From Heteronotia binoei (taxonomy: Eukaryota): a stretch of DNA of 64,000 nt. Each line of letters begins with the position of its first letter. Position 1 is the stretch's first letter. The notes below the pieces were generated by a model. The model was given only the letters and a program-made list of their open reading frames with translations. It made no database searches and had not been told where the DNA came from. The stretch spans positions 17,608,001-17,672,000 of the forward strand of contig NC_083227.1 in assembly GCF_032191835.1 (NCBI RefSeq), written 5' to 3'. The position numbers were made by a program, and so were the translations under genes. Positions 23,688 through 36,617 of the stretch are shown here, piece after piece.

Positions 23688-24285
23688 GGGAGGAGCTCAA
23701 GATGGCGACGGAGAAGCTCCTCTCCCCTTCCTTATTTTTCTGGCTGCTTTGAGGTACATTATCCACTCAATTCACAGAACTAAGTTTTGGATAAGGCTGT
23801 CGAACAAGGGGAGTAATTAATTATCTTGAGGTGTTTTTCTTCGTGTCCAATTTACAGGAAAACATCTAAACATGCCACAGGCTCTGAAAGAGTCAGAGGA
23901 CAGCTTGAAACAACATACAACAATGAAAGTTTCTGTTTAATGAAGTAGTTTGTCATATCTTTATGACTGTGTGGGACTAATAGCTGCTGGTGTTTTCATT
24001 AGGCTTCTTCTCAAGGACATTTGTATTGTTAGGAGTGCTTGATCTTTCTGCCTGACGTAACTTCTACACCCAACGACTGGAATTATCTTCTAAACAAACT
24101 GTGTTTAACTGCAGGAGGAGCAAAATAAATACAAAGATATGTTAGTATGTAAACACTCTTATGAGTTTGGGGATTTAACTTCTGCTCCAGTGTCTAAGCA
24201 AAGTAAATTTGCCATTACTAACAGTCCCTATACAATGTCTCTACTTCAAACCAGTTTGTAGCCCTAACCACCATATCAGAGGATT
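23688..24285 (+). mobile_element. Possible L1 5' end in the 3' flank of A (B copy from about 39310)
   Basis: Starts GGAGGAGCTCAAGATGGCG (YY1-type motif typical of L1 5' ends); B continues into an ORF1-like helix at 39925. Confidence 0.35.
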
Positions 24286-24286
24286 T

Positions 24287-24391
24287 TATATATTTATTTA
24301 TGGAATACCTCTACCAATTTCTATATCAGCATTCAGTTGCGTTCCAACTGAATGCTGATAGAAATTGGTAGAGGCGTTCTATAAATATATA
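24287..24391. repeat. Near-perfect hairpin palindrome
   Basis: 24308-24339 pairs with 24345-24374 (2-nt bulge, 5-nt loop); looser pairing extends outward. Confidence 0.9.
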
Positions 24392-24868
24392 TAAAAAAAT
24401 ACAAGGAAGCTGGGAAATTTTGGCACTTCAAGCCTACTGAACCTATGAATGTGGCAAGACGGTCCCTTGAAGAAGGATAGTATATCCAAAATGAAATTGG
24501 ATCGGTTCTTTTTTCTTGTTGGACTTGCTAAAAAATCATTCTGGACTTTGGACAGTAGCTATGTTGTGCAGTGGAAGATTTTTCAATTGCATTAGTTTAT
24601 GTAAGCTTAAGGTGTTTTGTTGTATGTAGTTCGTATTACACATTGCTACTAATTTGTAAACTGAGAGAGTGTGTTTCTTTCAAGTTATTGTACCTCCGTA
24701 GTCCCAACTATTTTTGGTGTCCCTCGATTGCAGCTGGCGATCTGAGCACTGGGGGGCCTCCACACGAGTGCAGCTGGGTCTCCCAAGCACAGCAGGAGAC
24801 CTGGGCATTGGGAGGCCTCTGTGGGAGTGTGGTTCAGTCCCCTGAGTGCAGCAGATGATCCGGGCACC

Positions 24869-25126
24869 ATTTGATCTCTAGTTCCTCTACCTCTTTGAAA
24901 CCCAGCTTGTCCTTCTGGTAGTTCTCTATCCATGTACTGCTGAAGCCTAGCTTGTAAGATCTTGAACATGGCCTTGCTAGCATGTGAAATGAGTACAATT
25001 GTGCGATAGTCTGGATATTCTTTGGCATTGCCCTTCTTTGGGATTGGAATATAAACTGACCTTTTCCACGTCTGTGGCCACAGTTGTGTTTTCCAGATTT
25101 GCTGGCATATTGAGTGCAGCATCATT
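24869..25126 (-). mobile_element. Internal Bov-B (RTE) reverse-transcriptase fragment
   Basis: LHSICQQIWKTQLWPQTWKRSVYIPIPKKGNAKE...QAGFQRGRGTRDQ. Confidence 0.9.
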
Positions 25127-25157
25127 GTAAATCAAATAAGTAACAGGCAGCGCTTCT

Positions 25158-25437
25158 GAGAGCCAGTTTGGTGTAGTGGTTAAGTGTGCGGATTCTTATC
25201 TGGGAGAACCGGGTTTGATTCCCCACTCCTCCACTTGCAGCTGCTGGAATAGCCTTGGGTCAGCCATAGCTCTCACACAATTGTCCTTGAAAGGGCAGCC
25301 GCTGTGAGAGCCCTCTCAGCCCCACCCACCTCACAGGGTGTCTTTTGTGGGGGAGAAGATATAGGAGATTGTAAGCCGCTCTGAGTCACTGATTCAGGGA
25401 GAAGGGCGGGGTATAAATCTGCAATTCTTCTTCTTCT
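25158..25437 (+). mobile_element. tRNA-derived SINE (Squam3-like)
   Basis: Same family as 3415; (TTC)n tail. Confidence 0.85.
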
Positions 25438-25449
25438 CCCTGGCTATAA

Positions 25450-25895
25450 GGAAGGCTTTCATTAGTATTGAAAATAATTATTTACAGAAAGTTTTAGAGT
25501 TGATGATTATGGGCCTAAGTTTCGACAATTTCAGCCATATATGCACCTCCAGTGGCAAAACTAAAGGTCAATGGGATCCTGACAGAATACTTTCTGCTGA
25601 CCCGAGGGATGAGGTAGGGTGCTCTCCTGTCTCTGCTTCTTTTTGCTATTGGCATTGAGCCCTTAGCACAGTTTATCAGAACTCACCCAAATATACACGA
25701 GGACCCTAACAATAAGTCTGTACTGGGCTGTATCAATAAGTCTGTACCAGTAAAACTGGGCTTTATGCTGATAAGACCCTATATCTTACTCATCCTGAAA
25801 CTTCCCTCAAAACTCTCCCAAGTATTTTTATGGCAATTTAGTAATATTTCAGGGCTTCAAGTAAACCAAACCAAGGCTAATTTGTATACCATAAA
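25450..25895 (+). mobile_element. Decayed L1 RT fragment; a CR1 3' end follows at about 25897-26012
   Basis: AKLKVNGILTEYF..TRG.R*G..LS.LLFAIGIEPLAQFIR. Confidence 0.75.
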
Positions 25896-27319
25896 TCTCA
25901 CCCCACTGATGGACCTCCTGATGGCAACTGGTTTTTTTGGCCACTGTGTGACACAGAGTGTTGGACTGGATGGGCCATTGGCCTGATCCAACATGGCTTC
26001 TGTTATGTTCTTAACAGCAGTTAAGAGCTCATTTTGCTTTTAACTGGACTGAAAAATCCTGGTGACACCTAGAGATTCAGATCCCCTCTGTTTTAAACAA
26101 CCTGCAGGCATTGACTAGAAAAACTCAGCTTCACGCTTGGAATAAAATGACTTTCCCTTGTCATGATAGAGTGCACCTAGTTAAAACATTTATTTTACCT
26201 AAATTTTTATGGGGGGGGGAGCTTGCCAATTAGAAGTTTTTAAAAAGGCCTTCAAATCTGGCAAGCTGAAACAAATAAATTTATTCAGGCGTATTAAAAA
26301 ATGAGATTCCATAAAACCATTTTATATCAACCCCATGAAAAGGGAAGTCAGGGAGAACCTGATTCATCTATGTTGGCTGCAACAACTGAGATACTATATG
26401 GTGAATCTCCCAAACACTGAGTACAATAAGGATTCATATACTTATCCACCAAGCATTTGCTAATTAAGATTGAAGACAACCACAGACACTGAACTGTCTG
26501 GACCACCTCAAAGCACAATCATGACCTTAAGATCTGTTTTTTACATAGAATACCTACCAGAAACAGCTGAATAGCAAAATTTGACACAGAATGAATAGGC
26601 AGCTATCCACCATCATTAAACACACCATCATTATAGCACCTGAAACTCTTTCATGCTTTTATATATTAATGCATTTTTACAGGAAAGGGCCTCCTCCTCC
26701 CGCCTTTTACTGACAGAACCAAGCGTGACTGTAGGGTTGCCAAGTCCAACTCAGAAAAGACGTGGGGGACTTTGGGGGTAGAGCCAGGAGACTTTCCCAT
26801 TCTCCCCCCCCCCCCAAACCATAAAAATACAACATTGCTATTCCTCTGAATACAGTCTTCATTTCCTTGTACCGCACCAGCTGACTGCACTTCCACTAAA
26901 TTAAAGTGAACTCTCTCTCTCTCATACAAGGTAGCCAAATAAATACAGTTTGTAAGCACACTTGTTATCTCACTGGGGCAATTACTCACTGGAGCGATTT
27001 ACTCACCAGAACCATCTGCTGTATTTCAACCAACTTCTTAAGACTAACAGAAAAATGAAAGCAGAGCAGCTCCAAACAAACAGAAGGACTCTGCTCACTT
27101 CTCTTCCTTGTATACACTCACCAGGAAGCTCCAAGAACCCTCAGCCAACTGGGGGAATGCTTTCTGTGGCTGTTTCCCTCCTCCTCCTCCCACCCTTACC
27201 CAATGGAACGCAACATTGATGGTTGCGTTGGCCAAAGTTTGATGCAGTACACTTGCAACCAGTGAGGATGCTCCATTTTGCCACCATGAAAGGGCTTTTA
27301 TAGATCGATAAGACAGACA

Positions 27320-27515
27320 AGCTAGAATTCTGAAGGTTAAATCCAGGAGAAACGTGAAACACCAGCCAAATGTCAGAGATACCATCCTATATTATTATCT
27401 AGACAGATAGATAATATAAAAATAGGATAATAATATAGAATACGATGATATCTCTGACATTATTTGGCTGGTGCTTCACATTTCCCTTCTAGATTCAATC
27501 TTCAGAATTCCAGCT
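27320..27515. repeat. Head-to-head inverted duplication upstream of promoter B
   Basis: 27320-27398 is the reverse complement of 27427-27515; single copy in A (about 8445-8530). Confidence 0.85.
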
Positions 27516-27759
27516 AGCCCAGCCTTTCTTCAAAGTTGTTCTGCAACAAAAAACAGGTATACGCACAGGCTAAATCCCACCCCCAACACCCGAAACAGCC
27601 CTTGTTCCATTTCAAGGCTCATTGTCTGATACAGAGGTTCAACTCTATAGTCTGGAGATGAGCAGCTATAATTTCACAGACTCCCCAGGTCCCAGTTGGA
27701 GTAAATTTGTGGGATGAGAGTTAAAGAAAACGCTCCTTCCCCCCGCCCCAGCCATTCAA

Positions 27760-28320
27760 TCATCTAATTTTCGGAGATGGCTGAACGCCATTGGATACGC
27801 TGGGAGAGCGACCCTCTGCAGAGTTACTCCCGAGCAGCCCCACTGAGCTGGCCGGGGTTGGGGGTCAGCCGGCAGCCTGGCTAAACTCCGCTGTGTCCTG
27901 GACTGGGCGCTGCTTCGCGGGGAAAGAACGAAAAGCATTTTCCCTTCGACTGCAGCACTGACGGGGTTAAACCAACGGAGCTGTTTGCTAGAGAGGGCAA
28001 GGGGGGGGGGGGGGAAGGAAAGTGGAAAGGCTCTTTTCCTGTCTATGGATCCAAGTGGGCGGCCGTGTTGGTCTGAAGTAGTTGAACAACGCAGGAGTCA
28101 AGTTGCACCTTTAAGACCAACCAAGTTTTATTCAGAACGTGAGCTTTCGTGTGCTCTCTAAGCGCACTTCATCAGACCTGTCTCTGTTTGTTTCCGAAAG
28201 GGGGGGGGGATTGCTTCTGATTCGCCCAAGAGGACAGGAGGGGCTTCAGGCAGGTAACAGCGGAGAGAAACCGTACAGCCGGACCCTGGGAAGGTTTACT
28301 TACAAGTAAGACACTGGGGG
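27760..28320 (+). promoter_or_regulatory. CpG-rich promoter and exon 1 of paralog B
   Basis: Homologous to 8700-9150; ATTGG at 27790; donor CAG|GTAACA after 28253. Confidence 0.65.
28045..28176 (-). mobile_element. 132-bp Penelope-like insertion with a hammerhead ribozyme core
   Basis: 7-bp TSD CCTGTCT (28038 and 28177); - strand CTGATGA-A-GTGCGCT-TAGAG-AGCACAC-GAAA-GCTC. Confidence 0.8.
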
Positions 28321-29442
28321 AGAGGGGGAGGAGAGGGTATAAAACCTTGGAAAAGAGGAGTATGGTTCCCATGTATAGATTCAGGTGGGGAGCCAGATTG
28401 GTCTGTAGCAGTAAAACAAAAGTTTGAGTCCTTTAAAACCAACCGAGTTTATTCACAGCTAAGCTTTTGCAGGCTGCTTCAGTTCAATTAAAATGGAAGT
28501 TACCAGTCCTTACACCTAGGTAGAGGGTGAGCAGAAAATTATCATACAGCATAATGAAGATGCTTCACAGATTCCAGGACCAAACAGGAATAACAAGCTT
28601 AGTTTTTATGGTTACCATTTGATTGAGGTTCATTCTGGGCAGAGGGGGGGGGGAATAGTGAAGGAAGTACATCAAAACTGGAGGCAGATAGGCAGGTTTA
28701 CCCTTCTTAATTGCAGGTCGCTAAGTCATAAAATGAGATCCTGTTGTCACGCTCCATCCGTCTCCTTGCAAGCTTAATGGAGAGTCTCAGTTAGTGACTC
28801 TCATGGGCTTTAAATGCTTTCAAAGTGTGATTTTTTTTTAAAAAAGTATGTTTTTAATTTGTTAGCTGTCTTGGTGGCCCTTATGGGGGTCAGATGGATG
28901 AGATCTGAACTTTATAAATAAAAAATCAATTCTCAGCCACTGAGGTCTTAAGGAGGCCTAGAAAGGAGTCTCACACCTGTTCAGGAGGAAATTTTATTTA
29001 TTTATTTTGGCAAATGAATCATTCATGCCCATTGGCTGCTTCACCTTCCAGTTTTCACTGAGAAGTATCCCCTGGAACAGGCTGATTCCCTGGTCATTTA
29101 AAGCCAACATGACATCAGCCGCATCTGACTTTTAAAGAACCAAACAGAGATGGTTTGCTTTTCTGAAGGACCAAACAGGCATATCTCACAAAGCTTGATA
29201 TGTAATATAGCAGAATTACACTGATCCTGACCCACAAACTGCAGCAATGACCATCCTTCTGATCCACCAGGCTAGTCCTTCAGTGTCTCTTGGCCAGGGT
29301 CAGTAATGTAGCTCCATTCTTTATGGTTTCTTTTTGCCTTTTTGATTTCCTTTCCTGTTTGTAGCCACAAGAGTGACGGCATCTTTCCACAGTCAGAGGC
29401 AACCCAAGAGAAGGGAAAGAGGAGGACACAGAAGGAGCTGGA

Positions 29443-29835
29443 ATGGGCAAGAGATCAAGGGAAAGTCCTCATCCCACTCAGGCCGGGAGTAATGTTGAAT
29501 CCTGGGAAAGAGCTGTGCCAGAGATCCTGTCTCAGGATACGATAACTGCAGATGGACGCAACAGATGCTTTCGGCAGTTCCACTACCATGAGGCTGATGG
29601 ACCCCGAGAGGTTTGCAGCCAGCTCCATGGACTTTGCAGCTACTGGCTGGAACCAGGGAGGCACACCAAGAAGCAGATCCTGGACCTGGTGATTCTGGAG
29701 CAGTTCCTGGCCATCCTGCCCCAGGAAATGCAATGCTGGGTGAGAGGATGTGAGCCGGAGACCAGTTCCCAGGCGGTGGCCCTGGCCGAAGGTTTCCTCC
29801 TGAGTCAGGCTGAGGAGAAGAGGCAAGAAGAGCAG
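29443..29835 (+). CDS. Paralog B exon: SCAN domain
   Basis: Acceptor TAG|29365; first ATG at 29443; [47 protein letters not shown]; donor CAG|GTGAGG. Confidence 0.9.
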
Positions 29836-29993
29836 GTGAGGGTTCCAGCATAGATCTTATCCTAAAGCTTCCCTGTGATTGAATCAGCTCTGCTGGTCAA
29901 TGCAGGGATGAGGAGTCTGGGAGTGGGGCAGGATCCATCTCCTCAGCCTCTTCCATTTCTTCCCTTACTTAATCTCCCTTACTGTTGTTTCAG

Positions 29994-30108
29994 ATATCAG
30001 GACCAGCTGTAAAGACAGAAGTGAAGTACTTGGAGACTGAAAGAGCTCGGTCAGAGGAAAGTCAGACAGTGCAGGCTCAGAAGCATGCCCAAGATACCCT
30101 GTCAAATG
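29994..30108 (+). CDS. Paralog B linker exon (115 nt)
   Basis: Homologous to 11114-11228; splice sites intact. Confidence 0.75.
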
Positions 30109-31212
30109 GTAAAGGTGCATCTTGCCCAGATGGGATCGGGGCACTTAGTCATGTTGTTGGGTGGAGGTTTGAGGCAGAAGAAAAAGGAAATACTTCCACT
30201 CACCACACAGAATCAATTTCTAGGACTTAGCGGCCCAGGATGTAGTAAAGGCCGTTCACTTGAAGAGAGCATAGACAGATTCATGGAAGGCCATTACATT
30301 TTTATTTATATGAATAAAAATATTTGTATTTCACTTTCCTTCTATTAGAGGGACTGGAGGTGACTCAAAAAAGAAGAGGAAGACAAATGTGGGTGCACCT
30401 ATTAGCCACGGTGAATAAATGGATCTTCCATATTGCTGTGAATTGGATGGCCCAGGTCTCATCAGAAGCTAAGCAGAGTCAGCCCTGGTTCTTATTTGGA
30501 TGAGAGACCACCAAAGAAGGCCAGGGTTCCTGTGCTGAGGCAGGCAATGGCATTCCACCCCTGAACATCTCTTGCCTCAAATAAGTGTTGGGTCTGCATA
30601 ACTTGGTTGTGACTTGATACCACTTTACAACACAAAAAAGCACAATCACACATTATTCTGTGGCAGTATACTGCTGAAATAATTGGGCTTCTCGGCCCCT
30701 GCTTAAGAATTTTCCAGGGACTTTTGGCAGGCCACAGAATGAGGATACTGTACTAGCGATGCCTGGCCATATCCTGGCCCCCACATGAGGTTTCAGGGTG
30801 GAGCATGCAGTGGACGTGATGTCATGTTGATGTCTCGTCTGGCCGAATACCTGGATGTGAAGTCAGAGCACCAGCAGTTTCCCTGAAACCTCACTGGTAG
30901 CACAGAGCTTCAATTGACTCTAAGGCCTGGGGCCTGTATATCTTCGGGACTGCCTCTCCCCATGCGAGCCCTCCTGGGCATTGAGATCATCCACTCAGTA
31001 TCTTCTTATGATCCCTGGTCCTAAGGATGCCCGTTAGGCCTCAACAAGGGCCAGGGCCTTTTCAATCTGGGCCCCTAACTGCCTCTCCAAGTCTCATGGG
31101 TACCTGCTGCTTCTCTTCCACCTCTCCTTTAGTTTATTGAATATCATAAAAAATTTAACAAAATATAAAGCTGAGGCTAGAATTCACCCTTCCAATTTTG
31201 TCTCCCTCGCAG

Positions 31213-31283
31213 GCTGTGAAGAGATGTTGTCATGCCATCGTTATTGCAGTGGATTGCAAATGTCTGTTCCCCCTCTTGTCCAG
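31213..31283 (+). CDS. Paralog B linker exon (71 nt)
   Basis: Homologous to 12744-12811 plus one codon. Confidence 0.78.
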
Positions 31284-31451
31284 GTAAGGGGGGGATCAAT
31301 GGGGGACTGCTGCTTTCTCAGGGACGACTTTGCTCCAGCAAGAAAGAGTCTGAACGCAACTCCCAGTGCTCATAGCAAGCTCTGCATCCTGCACCCTCCC
31401 AGTATTCCCCCGTCCATCAAGGCTGTCATATCTGCCTGGCATGATCTGTGA

Positions 31452-31616
<165 letters not shown>

Positions 31617-34432
31617 TAGATACCAATTGCTGCCATTGGGATGAAGCATGACTCAAAATTTTGAAAAGCACTGTGTAGTTGTCAGGCCTGCCCAGTAACT
31701 TACTCCCCCCTCCCCTGGGGCCTCCAGGACTTGGGGTGGCAGGGAAAGTAACATTCAGAATGGCTGATCCAGGGGCAGCTGAAGCCAGTGATGTGGACAT
31801 CACCCAAGCCAGAGAGGGTGCCCTGCCCTGTGGCCAAGGTGGGGCTGAGAGGCCCTCAGGAAGACTGAAGGGGGCAGATCGTGATTGCTCAGTGGCCATC
31901 CTCTGCAACATGACCCTGCCCCAGAAGGGATTACAGCCATCTGCTCTGCCAGTGATCAGGAAAGGATCTAACTCCTTTCTTTTGGTTGGAATTTGGGGAT
32001 TTGATTTCGACCATGGTTGCATCCCTCCATAAGAATTTTCCCTCTTCCTTGGATTTCTTTCCTTCCTCATATAAGAACAATAACTTTCTCTCTCTCTCTC
32101 TCTCTGCCACAGAAGCGAGGAATGTAAGGAAGACAATAGGGGAGTGCAAGGAAGGCTTTGTTTTGGATGAATGGCTGGAGAGTTTCTCAGGAAGATCTCA
32201 AGAGACTCTTTCTTTCCCGAATGAGCTGCCTGCCAGTGAGTATCCTTCATGGTTATGTCAGGGGAATGGGCCAGGAATAGCAGGGAACCTTTTCTCTTCA
32301 CTTCTAGGCAACTCTTGGTTTAGTAGAATAATCAGCCCTGCTAGGTAAGGAGAGAGGGAGGCCTTCTGGGCACAGGATGTGGAGATTTGGGAGCTCCTTC
32401 CAGGTCTGAGCTCAGCTATGGCTCTTGAGGGGCTGCACTCTCCTTAAATACTGGGCATTCCATGGAGGGGAGGGTTACCTAAGAACTGCCTTGCTGGACG
32501 AGATCAAAGACCCATCAGGCCTCTCCTACTGTGGTCTGCTGGATGTCTTCATTACTTAGGTGGAGATAGGTTTGAGTGCTTTCTTTGGAACTGTTCTACC
32601 TTGTAGGGGTGGTGTCTAGCAGATGGTCCCACTATTTAACACTGCAACCCAAAAGGAACTGGCTTCAGCCATATCATATAGCACACTCTGTTGTGGTGAG
32701 GGGAATCAGTGGTCACCCCGTTGAGGCAGGAAAGCATCTCCCACAGAAGAATAGACATGTCTGATCAGTGTGCCCTGATGCGTGGCTTTCTCCAAGGCCA
32801 GCCAGCACTGTCTCGCCCTGTCCCCAGGAAAGAGGATTGACAACAATAACAACCCTGTGCTTTCTAAGGTGCTGCCAAACTAACTTCCCCGCGCTTCCCT
32901 TCCATCGCTCTGGTCATGTTGTTCCTGTGCATATCTGCATGTTCACTGCGGGTTGCAAGGGTTTGGGGAGGATGGAACAGGACAAATTCTCCTGGGGTCG
33001 GATCTGGACTTTCTGACACTATGTGCTCCTCTAGGGTGGATTTCCAGTAGGGCTTTCTCTTCTGTGTCATTTTGTAATCAGAAAATGACCTTGAGTTCAA
33101 TAAGCCACTTTTCTGGCTGACCATAAGATGCACTTCTTTCCAGAGAGCCAGGTTAACTCTGTGCTTCTAGGAAAGGCAGAAGTGTCTGGATGATTCAGAG
33201 ATGGCTCAGAGTGCTGCTTGGAGATAGGAAGAAATTGGCTCTGAATGTAGGTGGACTTTCACTGTAGGGCTGCTTTTCTCACTGGTCATTACCTGCCCCC
33301 CCCCCAACAAATGGCACCTCTTCCAAAACCATGGGTGTCCCTTTTGAATTGTAGGGTCCACTTTGTGAATTCCTGGCTTCTCACTGCCCCACAGCAAACT
33401 TGTATTTTTCGCTTAAAACCTTACATTGAAAGAAACCGTTTAAAGCCATAATATATAGAAGAAACAGGAATAAATTGGCAATAAACAATACAATCAAGGA
33501 ACATGGCCAAACTTATGCAACCATAATTAAGAACAATTTAAAAAGGGAGGGAGGAAATGGAGGAAAGCGGAACAAAACAAAGGTAGAACAGCAATACATC
33601 ACTGTAGTCACAAAAACAAATATAACTAACGATTTCTTGGCCTGCAGCTAAAAGCTGGAGTAACAAGATTTCTTTGTAAGCAATGTATTTAGCAATAGAG
33701 TTAGTATAAAAGGGGTCATTACCAATTTTCTCAAGGATAGAAAACCATATAGCCATGTAATTTTGATAGGCCTGGTAGGGATCAGATTGATCCAGGCCAG
33801 AAGAAATCTTGTCCATAGTGATATGATCCCAGATCTTGTTGGACCAGGAGTCAAAAGTCAAGCCTTTTGGGTCCTCCTAAGTTTGGGTAATAACTGACTT
33901 AGCAGCCGTTATGAGTACTGTTATGAATGCTCTTTGGGCAGATTTTATTTTTATAATTGGACCAATTATTGAGAGGAAGTAGGCCTGGGCAGAAAGGAAT
34001 GTCAAGATTTGTAATGTATGTATGGTAATGAAATATACGCTTCCGAAAGGCAGTGACGCTTTCGCAGTCCTACCAGCAATGAAGATAGAAAGCGACAGCC
34101 CCACAACCCCTCCAACAAAGAGGGGAGTATTGTTTGTTGAAGTCATAAAGGCACAAGGGGGGAGCAAACTTGTATTTTTGGGTGACTGAAAACCAGTTCC
34201 TTTTGGGTTCTCATCACATCTAGAAAGACACTCTCTGTGTAGTTACAGGACCAGTTATCTTAACTTCTTGTATTTAATCATCAAGACCAGAGAATCAAAA
34301 GACATGCTCAGCACATCAAGTGGGTCTAGTGAGGGAACAAATCTTTGCCACTTTCCCCCTTGATGTACATCCTGGGGGAGGGGGGGATTAGAGGAATAGG
34401 CTGAATATGAACTCAGCACTCTGGGAGGGCCT

Positions 34433-36455
34433 AGACCAAGCCAAAAGAACTGTGTTAACAAATTGAATAAATATCTTATACCACTGAAAGTCTCCTGTGA
34501 TGTAATTTATATACTCAAATACATTGGTATGTATATACAAAAATATCCTTACACATCACTATGTGTAAGAAAGCTAGTTTGGTATAGTGGTTAAGTGCGC
34601 AGACTCTTATCTGTGAGAACCGGGTTTGATTCCCCACTCCTCCATCTGCAGCTGCTGGAATGGCCTTGAGTCAGCCATAGTTATCTTAGAGCTGTCCTTG
34701 AAATGGGAGCTTCTGGGAGAGCTCTCTCAGTCCCACCCACTTCACAGGGTGTCTGTTGTAGAAGAGGAAGGAAGAAGGAGAAAGAAGAAAAAGGAAAAAG
34801 AAGACGACGACATTGGATTTATATCCTGCCCTCCACTCCGAATCGCCGAGTGGCTCACAATCTCCTTTACTTTCCTCCCCCACAAGAGACACCCTGTGAG
34901 GTGGGTGGGGCTGAGAGGACTCTTACAGCAGCTGCCCTTTCAAGGACAACCTCTGCCAGAGCTACGGCTGACCCAAGGCCATTCCAGCAGGTGCAAGTGG
35001 AGGAGTGGGGAATCAAACTCGGTTCTCCCAGATAAGAGTCCGCACACTTAACCACTACACCAAATTGGCTCTCATAAAAGGAGATAAAGGAGATTGTGAC
35101 ACACTCTGAGATTCGGAGTGGAGGGCAGGATATAAATCCAATATTTTCCTCTTCTATCAAATAATACATGATATTGTCACACCCTGGATCCCTGGTCGGC
35201 GTGCCCCCTCCAGTGGCCATCATCTCACCTTCCTGAGTTCCCTCTCCTGAATCTGGCCAGGTGTCTCAGAATGGGGGTGACTGAGATTTAGTCACACTTT
35301 TGGCCTATTCCCTGGCTGGGTCCTGCTGGGTTGTGTCCCTCTCTCGGGAGATGCTGGCTTGCATTGTTCCAGGGCCACAGCACCTGCATTGGCCACAGCC
35401 AGTCTCTCCCGGCCCTGGGCTGTTTTTCCAGCCTTCTGCGGCTGTCTGGGGATGGGGTGTTATTCCATCCATCCTGACCCGGCGGCTCTTTGGGATGGCT
35501 CCAGCTCCACAGTGGAGCTCTGCCTCTTTTTCAGTCAGCTGGCTGACATTGTGAACTGCCTCTTCTTCAGCCAGCTGGACATTTCCATGGACTTCTGGCT
35601 GGCTGGCTCACCTCCCTTCCTGGTGGGTGCTTGGGTCATGGGGCTGACTGGTTTGGGGTAATTTGGCTCTCCTAGGGGGAGGGGGGCATTGTGCAAGTCC
35701 CAGTTGGAAGCTGTCAGGACAAAATTGTATAAAAATACCTCTATAGAGCTGACTGTATATGCCAGAAATATAGACAAAATTCAAAAATAGACTTCCTGTT
35801 TCAGAACAAAAAGCTTGCTTTTAGCGTGGTCCAATAAAAATGAGTTTTCATCCAAAAAGAAATGGTTCGGTCTCTTGCTTGCTTCTCTCTCCTGTCAGTG
35901 CACCCGCTATCCTACAATAAGCTGTGTTTCACATCCATTGCTTTCTTAAGAGCTGGTTTAAACCATACAACATTCTCTGGTGTTCTAAGACATCCTTAGA
36001 TAGAAAATGTCTGCAATATTCTATCTGCAGGAGGCTGGAAAAACATCCCAGGGCCAGGAGAGCCCAGCTGAAGCCAATGCGGGTCCTGTGACCCCAGAAC
36101 AAGGCAAGCTGGTGCTTCCCAAGAGAGAGACACAGCCCAGCAAGACCCATCCAGGGAACATGCCAAAAGGTTGATTAAAACCCGGTCTTCTCCATTTCCC
36201 TAGCCACCTTCAGGAGAGGGACATTGAGAAGATGGGACGACGGTCACTGGAGGGGGCGCACGAATCAGGGTGTGACAAATTGATATATTGTTTGATAGCG
36301 ATGTGACAGAATATTTTTGCATATCTGTATCCATGTATTTAAGTATATAAATGACATCACAAGAGACTTTCAGTGGCATAAGATATTTATTAAATTTGTT
36401 AACACAGTTCTTTTGGCTTGTTCTAGATCATTACTGTGTGTTCACTGATATTGCT
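34433..36455. mobile_element. Paralog B copy of the inverted-arm insertion, with nested SINEs
   Basis: Flanked by GCACT(C/A)TGGGAGGGCCT repeats; arms about 34433-34560 plus 35155-35440 versus 36025-36426. Confidence 0.75.
34568..35155. mobile_element. Squam3-like SINE (+) with a second copy (-, 34812-35073) nested inside
   Basis: The + copy is interrupted after CACAGGGTGTCTGTTG and resumes at about 35075. Confidence 0.8.
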
Positions 36456-36617
36456 GCACTATGGGAGGGCCTGGCAGGGATAAGGTGTGAGCAGTGGCTG
36501 AGTTTCAGAGGAAGGGAGATCTCTGACTGAGAACTAAACCACCCATTTAATAGCAAGGCCTTACTGGCAGCTTGGCTTCTTGCTTGGGTGCTGATGAAGA
36601 CTCTCTCTTTATTTCAG

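Noticed and set aside
24124-24129. AATAAA as the polyA site of gene A
   Set aside because: Not conserved in B and lies in an AT-rich, probably L1-derived tract.
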